Positions 14,084 through 28,640 of a stretch of DNA of 64,000 nucleotides are shown here, piece after piece (position 1 is the stretch's first letter; each line of letters begins with the position of its first letter). The notes beneath the pieces are model-generated. The model was not told the origin of the DNA and made no database searches. It saw only the letters and a list, made by a program, of their open reading frames with translations. The translations under genes and the position numbers were made by a program. Origin of the DNA: Octopus bimaculoides (taxonomy: Eukaryota); NCBI RefSeq assembly GCF_001194135.2, contig NC_069001.1, positions 22,143,882 through 22,207,881 on the forward strand, written 5' to 3'.

Positions 14084-16223
14084 NNNNNNNNNNNNNNNNN
14101 NNNNNNNNNNNNNNNNNNNNNNNNNNNNNNNNNNNNNNNNNNNATATATGTGTGTGTGTATGTATGTATGCATGTATGTATGTATGTATGTATGTACGTA
14201 TGTAAGTATGTATGTATGCATTTATATGGTTGCATATGTATTATACGCCGTATATTACTCATCACTGTTCGATCTAATGTAATTATATGAAAATGTAAAA
14301 TTAATATTTGCGGGATCTGAGATCCGAATTTAGAATGACGAAAATATTTAAACTAAGGCATCACCTCCTTCGGTGTTGGTGATGGTGGCGTTATCGTTAG
14401 TGGTGGTGTGGTGTGGAATGACGATGGTGAAAACGTTGACGATGCAAGCAAAGTGCGCAAAATATAGACATATTTTGGTAATGTAATTTTCTCTGGTCTA
14501 ACTTAGTTGATGCTCGGGGCCAATTTTCCGTCCCCCACCCCACTAAATTCACTTGAAAATGACTGTTTTTTCTTTCTTTGCAGTAATCAGTAGACTCTGA
14601 TATATTATGTTGAAATGGGTAATTTTCTTCAATTATTATAACGCAATTTTAATGCAATTAAAATCAAAGAAACTTTTTTCCTGTTTCTGCGTGTTTGGTG
14701 TATGTGTTTACATCAGTGGATAAGTGTAAATATATGAGCTTGTATGGAAGTGTGTATATATATATATGTNNNNNNNNNNATATATATATATATATATGCA
14801 TAGGTGTGTATGTTCGTGTATTTGTTTGCATTTAGGTATGTTCTCTTCGTAGAGTGACTGAATGAGAAACGCAATCGATATATCATGAGCAAAAGTGAAA
14901 TGCATTAATGATTTAGCGTGCATGACTATAGTTTTAGTATAATAATACACAGAGTTTCATGTTTTTTTGTTTGTGCATACTGATATTTCTTTTGCAGTCC
15001 TTCTGTGTCCTTCACATAAACAATAAATAAATAAATAATGAAAGAAAGAAAATATAGGATTTATATACCGGTTTCGAAATGGTTGGCAGTTGGTATATAA
15101 ATATATTACATTGAGCTCTTGTTTGTGCGGCTGATCAACCAGACTGTAAGCAGTTTACTAGCCCTGGGATTGTAGTGTCTAAAGAAGAAAGTACATTGAG
15201 AACAACGTAGTTTGTAATATCCGAAACGACGTGATAGTTATGTCTCTTCAGAACTGACTTGTCAATTAACAACAGCAGCGCGTTTTAAACATAAATAAGT
15301 ATTGTTGTAAAGTCATTTTTCCCTTAATCTTTGTACAACAAAGAGACAACTGAAGTATAACTTATGGTTCGTATCTATAGCAAATATATTTCCTACTCTG
15401 ACGAGCAGAGTCATTGTAACTTTAACCCACCATCCTTTCCGACCTACTACACCTTTGATCAAAAGCGATTCACATGTCACCATCAACTATCATTTTGTGT
15501 AACAGACACTACACTTCCAATATATTTTTCAGGTAGTAAATGAAATCTGACTGTTATATTTAGCAAGTCGATTGGGCGTGTACATACTCTTTAATTGGTT
15601 CTTTAAAACAAATATTAAACTTGGTAGTGTAAGCCTACAATAACATCATTAGTGTCATAGTATTTAACTTGTATTGTCTACAGATGGACAGATTCGCGCT
15701 ACTTGCACTGACATGTCTTGAATTTTCACACTGTATTTTGTTAGTGAATATGTTTGGCTACTTCTTCCATCCAAGATCATTATAAAGAATAAGAAATTTA
15801 CAAAATTATTTGTTTGCAAACTGCTGTTTGTCATCATATATTACATCATAATTATGATGAAATATGTTCTAAGTGCTAAGTTTTCACCTGGTAATTCCCA
15901 AAGAAATTGAGTTTCTGAGTGACAATCCCAGATGATCAAATCAAAAGAAGCTTGACAAAATATCAATAAAATATCACTGGTTTAAATCATATCACTAGTT
16001 TTGAACTTATCAATAGGCTTGACAATAAATTATTGCTAAAGTACCCGTTATATGCCCATTTCTGTCACCAGTTTGCTTTGATGGTAATACCTTTTCCAAT
16101 CTGAATCATATCATTTCCCTAAAATTTCGTTTAGGTGTATTTATTTCAGTTATCTTGGTTTCTTCTTGCTTTTATTTTCAGATTTTGAACAAACGTAAAC
16201 GTAGTTTTTGTTTCTTATTTCAG

Positions 16224-16327
16224 AGATACTCGCTGGTAATATTACAGAAAATGTCTACTCCGTATCTAATATACGCCAGACCTTACCATATGTATATTTA
16301 TTCAATGGAACAGGAATGCTCACCTGA
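16224..16327 (+). pseudogene. Candidate exon: (E)ILAGNITENVYSVSNIRQTLPYVYLFNGTGMLT*
   Basis: TTTTTGTTTCTTATTTCAG acceptor, phase-1 open frame with two N-glycosylation sequons; no clear donor. Confidence 0.25.
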
Positions 16328-17871
16328 AGTATCTCTGTCACTTCTTTGTTGACACTCAGAATTAGTGTTATTAGTTTTCGTCTTTTTTCACTCTAATGCA
16401 CTCTATTTCCGCTGCTTTCAATAGTTGGCTCGAGGAAAAAAATCCATTCATGTATACATCACCTTTATTTCCTAAAAATTTCGCTCGGCTGATATTCTTT
16501 GTGTTATTTCCTTTATTTGCTGATTTTAGGTTTTAAACTCCCACAGTGAGAGATTTTGTCTGTTAATTACTGAATTAATCTTAATTAATTGTAAGTATTC
16601 ATCTCATCACATGTATCAGAACCTTGATGCAAATGTTTTTAAAACGTAGAATTCCCACCTCTTGTGGTGTTTTTCTCATCTATATTTTAAAACTACAGGT
16701 TGTCAGTAATTGAAATTACTAACAATTCGTGAAATTAGGAAGTACAGAAGAGCCCTGTATACTTAATACAATACTGTGGTGTTGAATGTTTGTACAGATA
16801 TTCATAGTGATTTACAGAAAATATTCTCAGTCTAGAGATCCTCTCTCCAAATACTTTTAATGCATCGCTTCAGACTGGCCCTGGACGTTAGTTTTCATTG
16901 TGTCATGTGTGTAATATATAATGCTCAGCAAAGTCTGACGCTTTACAATTATAATACATAATTATGTACCAAATATGGATGTCAAAGTGAACAGTGAGAG
17001 ATTCCACAATAAAACAGCAATTTCAGATTATCGGAGTTATCAACAAAATAAATATGTTATGTCATTTTTTTGAGTATTCTATTTATAATTTTCCGGTCCG
17101 TATACAAATCTAAAGTTTTAAATTTGTGATTATTTGGGGATAAAAAACTTTGATATATAAGTATTACTATTAAGTTGATGGATCTCCGTTGATTTCGATG
17201 ATGAGGATTGATTGTTTCAAATAAATATATCGTTCATTGAATATGAAACTGAGTGCCAAGGCATTCCTCAAACACATTTACCTTTAAAGTAATTCTCGCG
17301 TAGAATAAACTAGGTACAATATGACATGGTTAAACATTTGAATTACAGGTACAGTTCATCTAACAGGTTTCCGTAGCTTTTGGCGACTCAGTGCCATTCA
17401 AAAGGTTTGGGTTGATAATAGTAATAAACGATAGTAATAAAAAGCTTTTCCGAGATACCCTTCGGTATGATCGAAACCGGGACTTCGTACTTGTGAAGCA
17501 AATTTCTTAACAATTCAGCTATGCTACATTCATACTATTATTTATCCAACTACCATTTTTCAGTATGTATTAACAATAATAATAATACATTACACTAAGT
17601 AGAACAAATCAGGAAAAAGTAAATATATCTACAAAGTATTCACAATATGCTGAGTAATTGAATAATACTGTGTTAATTCATAAATAGTATATGTATTATT
17701 TTGTATAAATCACAAGAGTAAGGGAAAAAATGAAAGCATGTTTGAGTATTTTAACACGCAAGGTTAAAAAAATAGTACATACAATGTTTAGCCATGCTGT
17801 AATATATAAACAACTTTGTTAACCACAGTGAGATTAAAATCACAATACTATTTTTACAAACAGTGAGTTAG

Positions 17872-18066
17872 CGAGCTGGTAGATTCGATAGCATACTCGG
17901 ACCAAATGCTTAGCAGTATTTCGTTCATCTTTATGTTCTGAGTTCAAATGCTGCCGAAGCCGCCCTTACTTTTCATCCTCTCGACTTCGAAGGAATAAGT
18001 ACCAGTTAAATCGATGTAACCTTCCCCGATATTTCAAGTTTTGTACCTATAGTAGAAAGGACCATT
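17872..18066 (+). mobile_element. SINE family A
   Basis: Co-linear with the 19535 and 39719 copies. Confidence 0.8.
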
Positions 18067-18484
18067 AAAAACAGCGTACAATATGCTTCATATTATACCT
18101 CGACGCTTCCTACCACGAAAAAAGAAAACGCTTCATAGTTCATTGTAAATTAAGTAATCCACATTGTGAACGCATATGTAATTATGCAATTTAGAATAAC
18201 CAGAGCGCTTAGTCCTATTTTGTATATACTATGAAGAAGATGCTGGGAGAAGATGAGTATCCTTACTCACTTAAAGATACAAAAGCATAAGAAACTAGTC
18301 AGTGGTTCCGCTTTTTATTGCTACAGACTGATAAGAACCGTGCTGTAAACATTTTGGTTATCATTTTTGGCAGCAAAATGAAAATTCGAAGTTTATTATA
18401 ACAAATATCTAGTTCAATACAAAAGTATATTTAAAAGTCGCTGTGTTGTACAACACTTATCAATTCACTTATTTATGTTATCAG

Positions 18485-18656
18485 CATATGCACTGTTAAG
18501 AAAATTACGCAGGCCACTTTCACTGAGACCTACCTATGTAAAACCTAAGAAAGTGATATCCGTAGTTAGAGTTACTATTACATAAAAACCAGTAACGTAT
18601 AGAAATAATGTCACGGAGGAATGGATTCAGCAGAAAATAGCGACAAAATGAATCAG
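18485..18656 (+). pseudogene. Candidate disrupted exon (..LSLRPTYVKPKKVISVVRVTIT*KPVTYRNNVTEEWIQQKIAT..)
   Basis: ATCAG acceptor, perfect AG|GTAAGT donor; 172 nt with stops and a frameshift. Confidence 0.25.
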
Positions 18657-18999
18657 GTAAGTTTTGCTTGCAAAAAAGAAAAAAAAATGAAAGACAAGAA
18701 AATTACAAAGAAACTTCTTATCTCTGAGTTGAACAGAAACACAATAAGTTTAAAATCTACCTATTTTGTATTTTAGAACTACACAGCTAGCAAATATAAC
18801 AAAAATATTTAATCATATGTAAAGCATTTTAGTAAAGTTGATATGAGAAAAAAATGAATGAATTCATGCATACAGCAATAATATAATGAAATATATTTAT
18901 GGCAAATATTGATAGGACATTTAGAAATAAATAGATTCATGCACACACCCATGCACATATAGACAAGCACAAACATTACGTAAAAGCACACATATATTC

Positions 19000-19090
19000 T
19001 TTCTACTCGGCCCAAAATTTTGGGGGAGAGGGCCAACCGATTAGATCGGCGCCAGCATGCAACTGGTACTTAATTTATCGACCCTGAAAG
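19000..19090 (-). mobile_element. SINE family A, 3' fragment
   Basis: Reverse complement of GGGTCGATAAATTAAGTACCAGTT...GTAGAAAGA. Confidence 0.65.
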
Positions 19091-19428
19091 AAATAACAAA
19101 GAGAAAAATGACAATAATTTCCGTGCATTACCCTGTAGAATTTTTTGTTAGTCTCAATACACATAAGTAATAATATATATTCTAGGACATTGAGAATTAT
19201 ACTAGGAAATTTATTTGGTATTCTTACATCATGTTGGCAATCCACTCCGTAGGTAAATGAAACAGAACCTAAACATGTAAAAATGTATTTTAAACTCCGA
19301 TTACATTCTTGTAGTATTTTTTTATAATTAGGTTCTTTCAATCGACATTCCGATGTCTTATTTCTGTTTCCTATATTGTTTTTGTAAATATATCATTATC
19401 AACCCTTCTTAAAATTATGCTGCTGCTG

Positions 19429-19464
<36 letters not shown>

Positions 19465-19473
19465 GTAGTAGTG

Positions 19474-19507
<34 letters not shown>

Positions 19508-19534
19508 CAGTATTAGTAGTAGTATTAGTAGTAG

Positions 19535-19757
19535 TAAGGCAGCAAGCTGGCAGAATCGTAAGCATGCCCGGCGAAAGGCTTAGCCCTATTTCGCTCGGCG
19601 CTGCATTTTGAATTAAAAATTCCGCCGAGGTCGACTTTGTTTTTCACCCTTTCGGGGACAATTAACTAAGTACTATCTACACAGTGGGGTCGATGTAATC
19701 AGCTTAATCTCTTTCGCCAAATTTGAGGCCTTGTGCTTCCAGTAGAAAGGCTTATTA
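19535..19757 (+). mobile_element. SINE family A, near full length, flanked by (AGT)n and (ATT)n
   Basis: AAGGCAGCAAGCTGGCAGAATCGTAAGC head through GGCCTTGTG..AGTAGAAAGG tail. Confidence 0.85.
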
Positions 19758-19769
19758 TTATTATCATCA

Positions 19770-19861
<92 letters not shown>

Positions 19862-20219
19862 TATAGTAGCATCGTTAACTTAATACTATTATCTGTGGTA
19901 GCTGTAGAATGCGTTTAATTATAAAAGTAAATGATATATTAATTAAAAATGACAAAAGATAAGAGCAAACATACACTGATCGTTTCAGTAATTTATTATT
20001 CTTCTATTTAGTAGTACGAAAGTAATAACTTGTAGTTGAAATAGGTATGAATTCCTGGCACCAAACATTTTTGTTTCTATTATCCTATTGATATTCTAAA
20101 GTTGTTCTTACTTTTCTTTATTTTCTTCTTTTTTGTAAATTGTTTTCAATTTTTTTTTGCTTGTGATATTTATACCTACATGTATTATATTATTCTTAGT
20201 AATATTTATCTTTTTGTAG

Positions 20220-20333
20220 ATTCCACGAAGGAGGAATAAGTATATGCAATTTATAATATTACCTTCAGAGTATTCATAGAACAAGATTGGAAATACTACA
20301 AAAATTCTATATATCGCTCAATAAGATCTCCAC
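20220..20333 (+). pseudogene. Candidate exon with one in-frame stop: (D)STKEE*VYAIYNITFRVFIEQDWKYYKNSIYRSIRSP
   Basis: TCTTTTTGTAG acceptor, C|GTAAGT donor, 114 nt phase 1-1; YNITFRV resembles FN3 strand F. Confidence 0.45.
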
Positions 20334-20693
20334 GTAAGTTGATATTGTTAGACTGAGACAAGACAAAAAATATGCCTGGTTACAGAGAGATAGCTTACTG
20401 ACTGCTAGCATACTTAATGTAGATAGCCATGATGAGAGGTAAATTCAGGAGGAATGATTAATGCTAATCGGTTCAGAATTTTAATCAATTAAAATTATGC
20501 AAATAGCGACAAGATGGAAACAATTATATGAAGACCAATAAAATCTAAATCTGACAATATATATATACACACATAATACATACATACATACTTACATACA
20601 CACATAATACATACATACATACATACATACTTACATACATACATACATACACAAACAGACATATATCAATAAATGTGTGTGTGTTTGTGTGAA

Positions 20694-21017
20694 GGTGCAT
20701 GGCTCAGTGGTTAGAGTGAGGTTGTGAGTTCGATTCTCGGACCGGGCTGCGTGTTGTGTTCTTGAGCAAGACACTTTATTTTACATTGCTCAGCTGTAGA
20801 AATGAGATGCGATGTCATTGGTGTCCAGCTGTATCGGCCTTTGCCTTTCTCTTGGATAACATCGGTGGCGTAGAGTGGGGAGGCTGATATGCATGGGCAA
20901 CTGCTGGTCTTCCATAAATAACCTTGCCCGGACTTGTGCCTTGTGCCTTCGAGGGTAACTTTCCAGGTGCAATACCATGGTCATTCATGCCCGAAGACGA
21001 TCACCCTTTCTTACCTT
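20694..21017 (+). mobile_element. tRNA-derived SINE, family D
   Basis: GGCTCAGTGGTTAGAG A box, GAGTTCGATTCTC B box, TTCTTGAGCAAGACACTT central box, (TA)n tail. Confidence 0.8.
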
Positions 21018-21434
21018 ATATATATATATATATNNNNNNNNNNNNNNNNNNNNNNNNNNNNNNNNNNNNNNNNNNNNNNNNNNNNNNNNNNNNNNNNNNN
21101 NNNNNNNNNNNNNNNNNNNNNNNNNNNNNNNNNNNNNNNNNNNNNNNNNNNNNNNNNNNNNNNNNNNNNNNNNNNNNNNNNNNNNNNNNNNNNNNNNNNN
21201 NNNNNNNNNNNNNNNNNNNNNNNNNNNNNNNNNNNNNNNNNNNNNNNNNNNNNNNNNNNNNNNNNNNNNNNNNNNNNNNNNNNNNNNNNNNNNNNNNNNN
21301 NNNNNNNNNNNNNNNNNNNNNNNNNNNNNNNNNNNNNNNNTTTATAAAGGTAGAAACTCCGAGTTAAGGTGAAATGTTTTCTATAATATAGATAAATGAA
21401 TGGAGTTAAACGCAGGTGTTATTCAAATTCTTTT

Positions 21435-21597
21435 ACTTCCGACAAATGTTTCGAAGACAACATTGGTATTATTCCAGAAGGAATAAAATGGTGTAAAAAA
21501 ATGCAATGTTCTCATCATGGGAAGAAAGAAACCAGACACATCAATATGACATTTTAACAGAATGTGATGACTGCGTAGAATGATGAAGGGAACGCTA
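21435..21597 (-). repeat. Left arm of a ~160-bp inverted repeat carrying a damaged hammerhead motif
   Basis: Reverse complement aligns to 21870-22038; core reads ATGATGA rather than CTGATGA. Confidence 0.85.
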
Positions 21598-21952
21598 TTA
21601 AGTTTTTCTTTTTAAAAAAAGCGTTAGTAGATAGAACGTCAGAGGTAGCATATAGAAAGAGAAGGAGGAGAAGGAAAGAAATTAGCAGAAAACTAATAGT
21701 GGAGAAATATAGAGCGATGGGTGAATTAAAATAAAGCTTAAAAGCGTGGAATTAGGTATATTTAGTGGAAGTGAAATGTAAGAAGACAATCAAAGGTCAA
21801 ATTATATAGAATGGTAGAAATCACTTATAGGAATTAAAGGTATGTTTTTGGCAATGTTTGCAACGATAAACGCGTTCCCTTCATCATTATACGCAGTCAT
21901 CACATTCTGTTAAAATTTCTTATTGATGTGATGATGTGTTTAGTTTCTTTCT

Positions 21953-22038
21953 TTCCCTGATGAGAAGATTGCATTGTTTTACACCATTTTATTCCTTCTG
22001 GAATAATACCACTGTTGTCTTCGAAACATATGTCGGAA
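21953..22038 (+). ncRNA. Type I minimal hammerhead ribozyme (PLE-type)
   Basis: Stem I TTCC/GGAA, core CTGATGA (21957-63), stem II GAAGA/TCTTC, GAAAC-ATAT-GTC with palindromic ACATATGT. Confidence 0.75.
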
Positions 22039-22899
22039 TTATATATATATGCCACAGAACCTATCAATACTAGTAACCATTAAGTATTATCCTGCCTTCA
22101 TAAGGTTAGCTATGAAATAAATCAAGCTATATCAATATATATCATTATCATAAACCATGAAATAAAAACGTGTTCAAGCTCAAGAGATTGGAAGACGCTT
22201 CAGAATAACAAGACAAAAGAGACACAAAAAGCATATCAAACATACATTCCCATTTTCAGCTGTCTAAAAGATACCGCTATAGTTTCAACCCCTAGGTAGT
22301 ATCAACTAGCGGTATTAACAAAATTTAAGGCGTAAATGCTGCCTGGAAATTCAAAAGATTAGCAGCAGGGGCGAAATATTAGCGTAATATACTGTGATCT
22401 TTTGGAAGATAACATTTCCTTTTAACTTCAACGGTTTTCTTTCTAGTTTCCTATGAAAAAGGCTTTTCAATGATTAACTCACACACTTTGCCTTGCACAA
22501 CCTCTTTTTTATAACTTGAAATCTAGACCTGTCCACTATTACGGAATAGTCAAATCGAAAAGTCATTAGTTTATACCGTGCGAAGACGTAACGCATATTA
22601 TAATAAACTGGAGAGCAGTTCAGTTGATATGCGCTTTGGTAACTTTTATGGATAATCTGCATGGGGCATTTTTAGAAATCATATGCCTGAAATGAACCTT
22701 AAATCGTTTCATTGGGCAAAATAAAATCAGACAATCGATGCTTAATCATAATCGTGTATGACTTTGATTTTGCATTAAACAACATGTTATTAACTGTTGT
22801 ACCTACCCTATTATATTCTACTTTGTAAGTTTAAAGAATAAATAGATGTGGATTTTAGAAACTGAATTACTGACAATGCGCCTGAAAAAAATTACCTGT

Positions 22900-23090
22900 C
22901 CTTGTATTCTGTACCCAAGACGGTCATATAGTTCTGCTTCATTCACTTGCTCCCTTCAACGAATATACAGATGTTTTATAGCTGAAGAGTCAGCATTAAG
23001 TCGACCCTCCATCAGTTACAACAATAGCTTCTCAGAAAGGAGAAAATAATATCTCATCAGTGCAACCACCGGAAAAGGCAGAGGAAACAG
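22900..23090 (+). pseudogene. FN3-like degenerate coding segment
   Basis: Frame reads LVFCTQDGHIVLLHSLAPFNEYTDVL*LKSQH*VDPPSVTT, resembling the FN3 L..L.P...Y.V motif; contains stops and exon limits are unclear. Confidence 0.3.
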
Positions 23091-24124
23091 TAAAAAGGAA
23101 ACGTTTTAAAAAGAAATATTGTTGGGCATTATTACTAGAGCTCGAGAGTTCAATTCTGTTTCGGGGTATTTTCCTGGCAACATTTATAATCGCAGTCCAA
23201 AGATCAACTTCAAAATCCAACCCAATCCGATCGAAGATTATTTTCACTCCTATATGTTAACAAAATCTTCACTTAGAATCAAGAGGTTTGTGAAAAGTGT
23301 TTCAGCACTTATTTGCATATCCTTTTTTCTTTAACAATTTAGACCGAAGTTGTCTCTTACTTTTTCAGTTTCTTTTTTTCTCTCTCTCATTTGTTCTGCA
23401 GCATTTTGCTAGATTGAAAGCTTACAAATGTCTATTTGGTACGGCGCAGGATATTTTTCCTTTTGCTATTAACTTTTTTATTTTCATTCTTCTGTATATT
23501 GCCTGGCTCGTTGATCTTTTCTCATTCCTTTCCTCTCGTATTTCTTCACACTTAACAGAACATTGGAGAAATCTCATAAAAGCAAAATTGAAATAAACAC
23601 ATTCACCTGGGAGCAACTATCTTACTAACTAAATAGATAAATAAATAAAGAAGTTATTTCTAAAAATATTCTCTCCTAGAAATGGTTGGAAATAGATTGC
23701 ATGATATCTTTGTATTGATAAAAGCTATTTGTTAAAGACTTGGAAAAGTGAAAACAAATATAAAAATAAAGTATAGTGGTACCTAGGGGGGAAAAGGGAA
23801 AAATAAAAGACAAAAACCAACAACTTGCTTTTTATTCTTTTTTCTATATTCTGTAGTCATTACATTTTTTATTAAATTTAATTGGGAAACAAATTTTATA
23901 AGAGTGATCATTATTTTTTTGTTATTATAGTAGTCTAAGAACCGGTTCTGGTGGTGTTGGTGATGATGATTATGACTTTGCAGATGGGGATAATAAATGT
24001 TATGGCGGAGAAGCAACAGTGGTAGGGAGCCATTGTACTGCGGTATTTGGCCAAGACTTGAGGTAAAAAAGCAATTTTGCTTAGCTATCTGCTATTTCCA
24101 CTAATGAATGGTTTATTAGAGGCA

Positions 24125-24688
<564 letters not shown>

Positions 24689-24839
24689 TAATTATACTCT
24701 TGTGTTTATGAATGACAAAGGAAGGGGTGATGTCATATTTGGTAGTGGGATGATGAAAATTGTACGTTGAAAAAATAAATCAAATAGCGTTTCAACTCTG
24801 TGTGAATATATGTGTGTGTATGTAAAAGGGGGTATGTGA

Positions 24840-24876
<37 letters not shown>

Positions 24877-25924
24877 TGTGTGCGTGTGTGAGTGTGCGGG
24901 CAATGGAAGTGGGATGGTTCATCTTTGTTTGCTTCGTATTTGGGTTTATTTTTTGATTTGGTGGAGTCTTAGCTGGGGGGGGGGGGCAGGTCATTCTAAA
25001 GTTTCTTTTAGCGTAAGCGTGCCCAAACATGTCAAATTCTTACACAGAACAGGTTTTACAGCCACATCATCCAAATCGACCGGGCAAAACCGGACTTTGC
25101 TGCTAGTATATATATATATATTGGTATTTTCGTTGTGTCTTGGGAAGCCATGACGCGAATAGTAATTAATAAAACACGTACAGGTTAAATTCCACTTCTT
25201 CATTGCTAACGAACAAACTAAACTATCTTTTGTCTTAATGAGCTGATTTAAACAAGCCATCGATTGTTGGTTAGTCACTGAAAAGTTCGCAATCAATTGA
25301 TTGTTTCAATCAACATATTAAACAAAAGGTCGATTAATAAGTTAGATATTTAACCAAATGACTTACAATAAAGAAATGGAATAGAACCAGTACGTGTGTT
25401 ATTATTATTGGTAATACGACCCTCTCTAGACGTAATAAAATTCTTTTAAACACAAAAATTTACATCAACAATCTTCGGAATCAAATACAAAAACAATGTA
25501 AATTTGGAACGCCGAAATGAGTTTCATGGTCTATATGAAGTTAAATGTACTTACTTGGCTTTCAAAATAAGCTGTGAAAGAGAATAAACGCATGCTACAA
25601 AGTTTAATAGTGATAGCTCCTATTTTTCAACATCATCTGATTCCATCATCAACGTTCCATGTTAACTGAATTGTTGTAATTCGTTATGGATGAATAAGTG
25701 AGAAAATTATTCTTTCTCATATATGTGTGTTAGTGTCTATAAGCATACACACGCGCTTATGTGTACACACAGAAACACCGACACACACACATATAAGTAT
25801 ACATATGCATATATGCGTGTGTGTTGTGTGTGTGTGTATGTGTATACCCACATACACGTACACTCACATACATACACACATACCTTCACATACACACGTA
25901 CACACATATCGGTAGATCAACCAA

Positions 25925-28640
25925 GAAATTAACAAAATGACACCAGGCCCCAACCTAGAAAACATCTCCAAACTATGGAAAGAAGATTTTGAAAGAAGAA
26001 CTGAAATCCCTCCAACGCTGGGAAAAAAAAAACGCCACTTAGTTTTCAAACTATGAAACTATCCTTCAGAATACGCTTCCAGGAAGCCTTTCCTGAAAAT
26101 AAGAAAATCAAAGCAAAACTCAAACACAGGTTCACACATATCTAAAAAACGTAACCATCTCCCCTACCAAAAGCAAAAAAAAAAAAAGGAATACAGGATT
26201 TAACCTTAACTTCATAACCTACCAGCGAAACAACATCGGGGGTACCCCAACATCAAACAGACAAATAAGAAATCACTACCCGCAGGATAGACATTGCAAC
26301 CTCCCTCCCCATAAGGAGACACCAACATAACTTTTATCTCAACAATCCACTTAAAAACCACACGCGACAAATCCATACCACACGAAATAATTACCAATGA
26401 CGTCCCACTAAACTACTACATCCAAACATGAGATATAAGGACACACTTTTCAATCACCATCCAACATCGAAGATGGGAAACAGAGACTCACTATTCAATC
26501 CCCATCCATGGACCCGCACCGTAACTCACAACAACAGGGCACCCTAAAACAACAGTGGGCAACTACATAATAGCTACCGTCCCAATCACCTGAATCATTT
26601 TTTAGACCCAGTACGCAAACACAGGGATACGAGATAACATCAGCAGACAGAATAAACCAAAAATGATTGAAAAATCATCAATCTAACCAGCAAAGAACTA
26701 ACACCAGACCAATTCAGCATACTCCCCAAAGGACTCAAATTTACCCCCACCCCCAATGCCCCAACTACACCGAAATGAAAGACGACGTTGCAGAACTCTG
26801 TAGAAAATTACGACTCGCTGAGGAAATACAACGAGGACGAATCAGTCCGAAATAAAAGTCACTACATCCCATCAAAAGGCAAGAACAAAATTCCTGACCA
26901 TTTCTGTAAACATATCACTAATTGCCCATATTAGCATGTACACAAACAAAAATACAAGCCATACTTTAGTCAAAACAATGGGCTGTGCTGAAAAGATTAA
27001 AGGATGATAAAACAATCACATCAAAGAGGCTGACAAAGGAAGTGCAGTAGTCTTAATCGACACTGTATATTATATAAGCTTAGTACTATGTATATTAGAA
27101 GGCACAAAATATGAAAAGGTACGAAACTACAGTCAGCAGAAAATAATGAGAAACTTAAAAACTATGTTAAACCTATACAGAGAAAGGGTTCACCGACATG
27201 GAATACGATTATATGACTAACTTCAAAAGTAAATCCAGTCAATTCTACGGAATACCTAAGATACACAAAAGTGATAAAATAAGTAACGCATGCAGGGGAG
27301 CCACAGACATAATATTGAAGCTACCTACTCCTAATAACCACAAATTAAGACTCAATAGCAGGCCCCACATGCGAAACTCACCGCCCGCCTCAGTAACTTT
27401 TTAGATACCCTCTTGAAACCATTCTTCAAGCATATCAAAAGCTATATAAGGGACAATCTGGATATGCTCAATCACCTCTCTGAAACAATAAATAAAAAGC
27501 ACTCTACTAGTATCCTTTAGTGTAGTCAACCTCTTTTCCAATGTCCCTCACAGCCTAGCAATAAAGGCAATCCAATTCTGGCTAGAGAATTACTCCAATG
27601 AACTCCCACACCGCATCAACAAAGAATTCGTAATAGAAGGGCTAAAATCCATCTTGGAGAATAACTTCTTCGTATTTAGTGACAACTGCTATCAACAGGT
27701 ATCGGGGACTGTGATGGACACGAGAATGGCTACCTCCTTTGCTAATCTAATCATGGAGTACCTTGACATCAATCTTTATCGTAAGGTACAAGAAAAAAAA
27801 ACCGGAAACCCATTCTTCTTGTACATAGAAAATAACTAGAAAAGATATCTAAATGACTGATTCATTCTTTGGCATGAAACTATAAAGAGACTTAAAGAAT
27901 TTCAAGCACTTCTGAATAAACCTCGAGTAGACATTCGATTTACGATGGAATACAGCCACCAACACCTTCCATTCCTCGACAACTTCATTAAGAAATTCAA
28001 CAACAAAACAGAAATAGACATCTACTATAAGCCCACGGACTCCAAGTAATATCTGTCAATCAACTCTTGCCACCCCCGACACACTAGAATCAATATCCCT
28101 TATAACCTGGCAAAAACGATGTGTACTATAGTATCTAATACAAGCACCAGGGACACACGACTACATGAGGTAAAAGATACACTCATCAGCAGAACTACCC
28201 ACCATCACTAACTGATATAGTCTTTCAACGTGCCCTACAACACGACATCCCTTTATTCAAAAGGACCATCGAATGGATCAAATCCGCCAAACGCACACCA
28301 TTGTAAAGAGCAAAAGACAACTAAGTCAATGAAAAATTTTCTAAAACAGGAACAAGTACACTCGTCAACAACATCGAAACCGACAGTAAAAAACTGCGGA
28401 AGACATAACTGTGGTATATGTGTCAACCTCATTGAAGGATTGGAATTCTCCTTCAAACAGGGTCAACGTTTTACAGTGAAAAACTACTTCACGTGTGCTT
28501 CAGAAAACCTAATATAAGTATCAACTTCCTCAAGGTGTCGAGAACAATATACTGCTCAAACTAAAAATACGAGAATGCAGAAAAGAAAGGATTAAGCGAG
28601 CACATCGATATTTGTGCCACTAACGAACAACCCAGCTTCT
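25925..28640 (+). mobile_element. Penelope-like element 1, near-complete decayed RT + GIY-YIG ORF
   Basis: IKEADKGSAVV (~27020), FYGIPKIHKS (~27243), VVNLFSNVPH, QQVSGTVMDT, RYLND*FILW (dead YxDD), HLPFLD, YYKPTDS..SCHP, CGRHNCGIC...TCASENLI; many stops and frameshifts. Confidence 0.9.
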
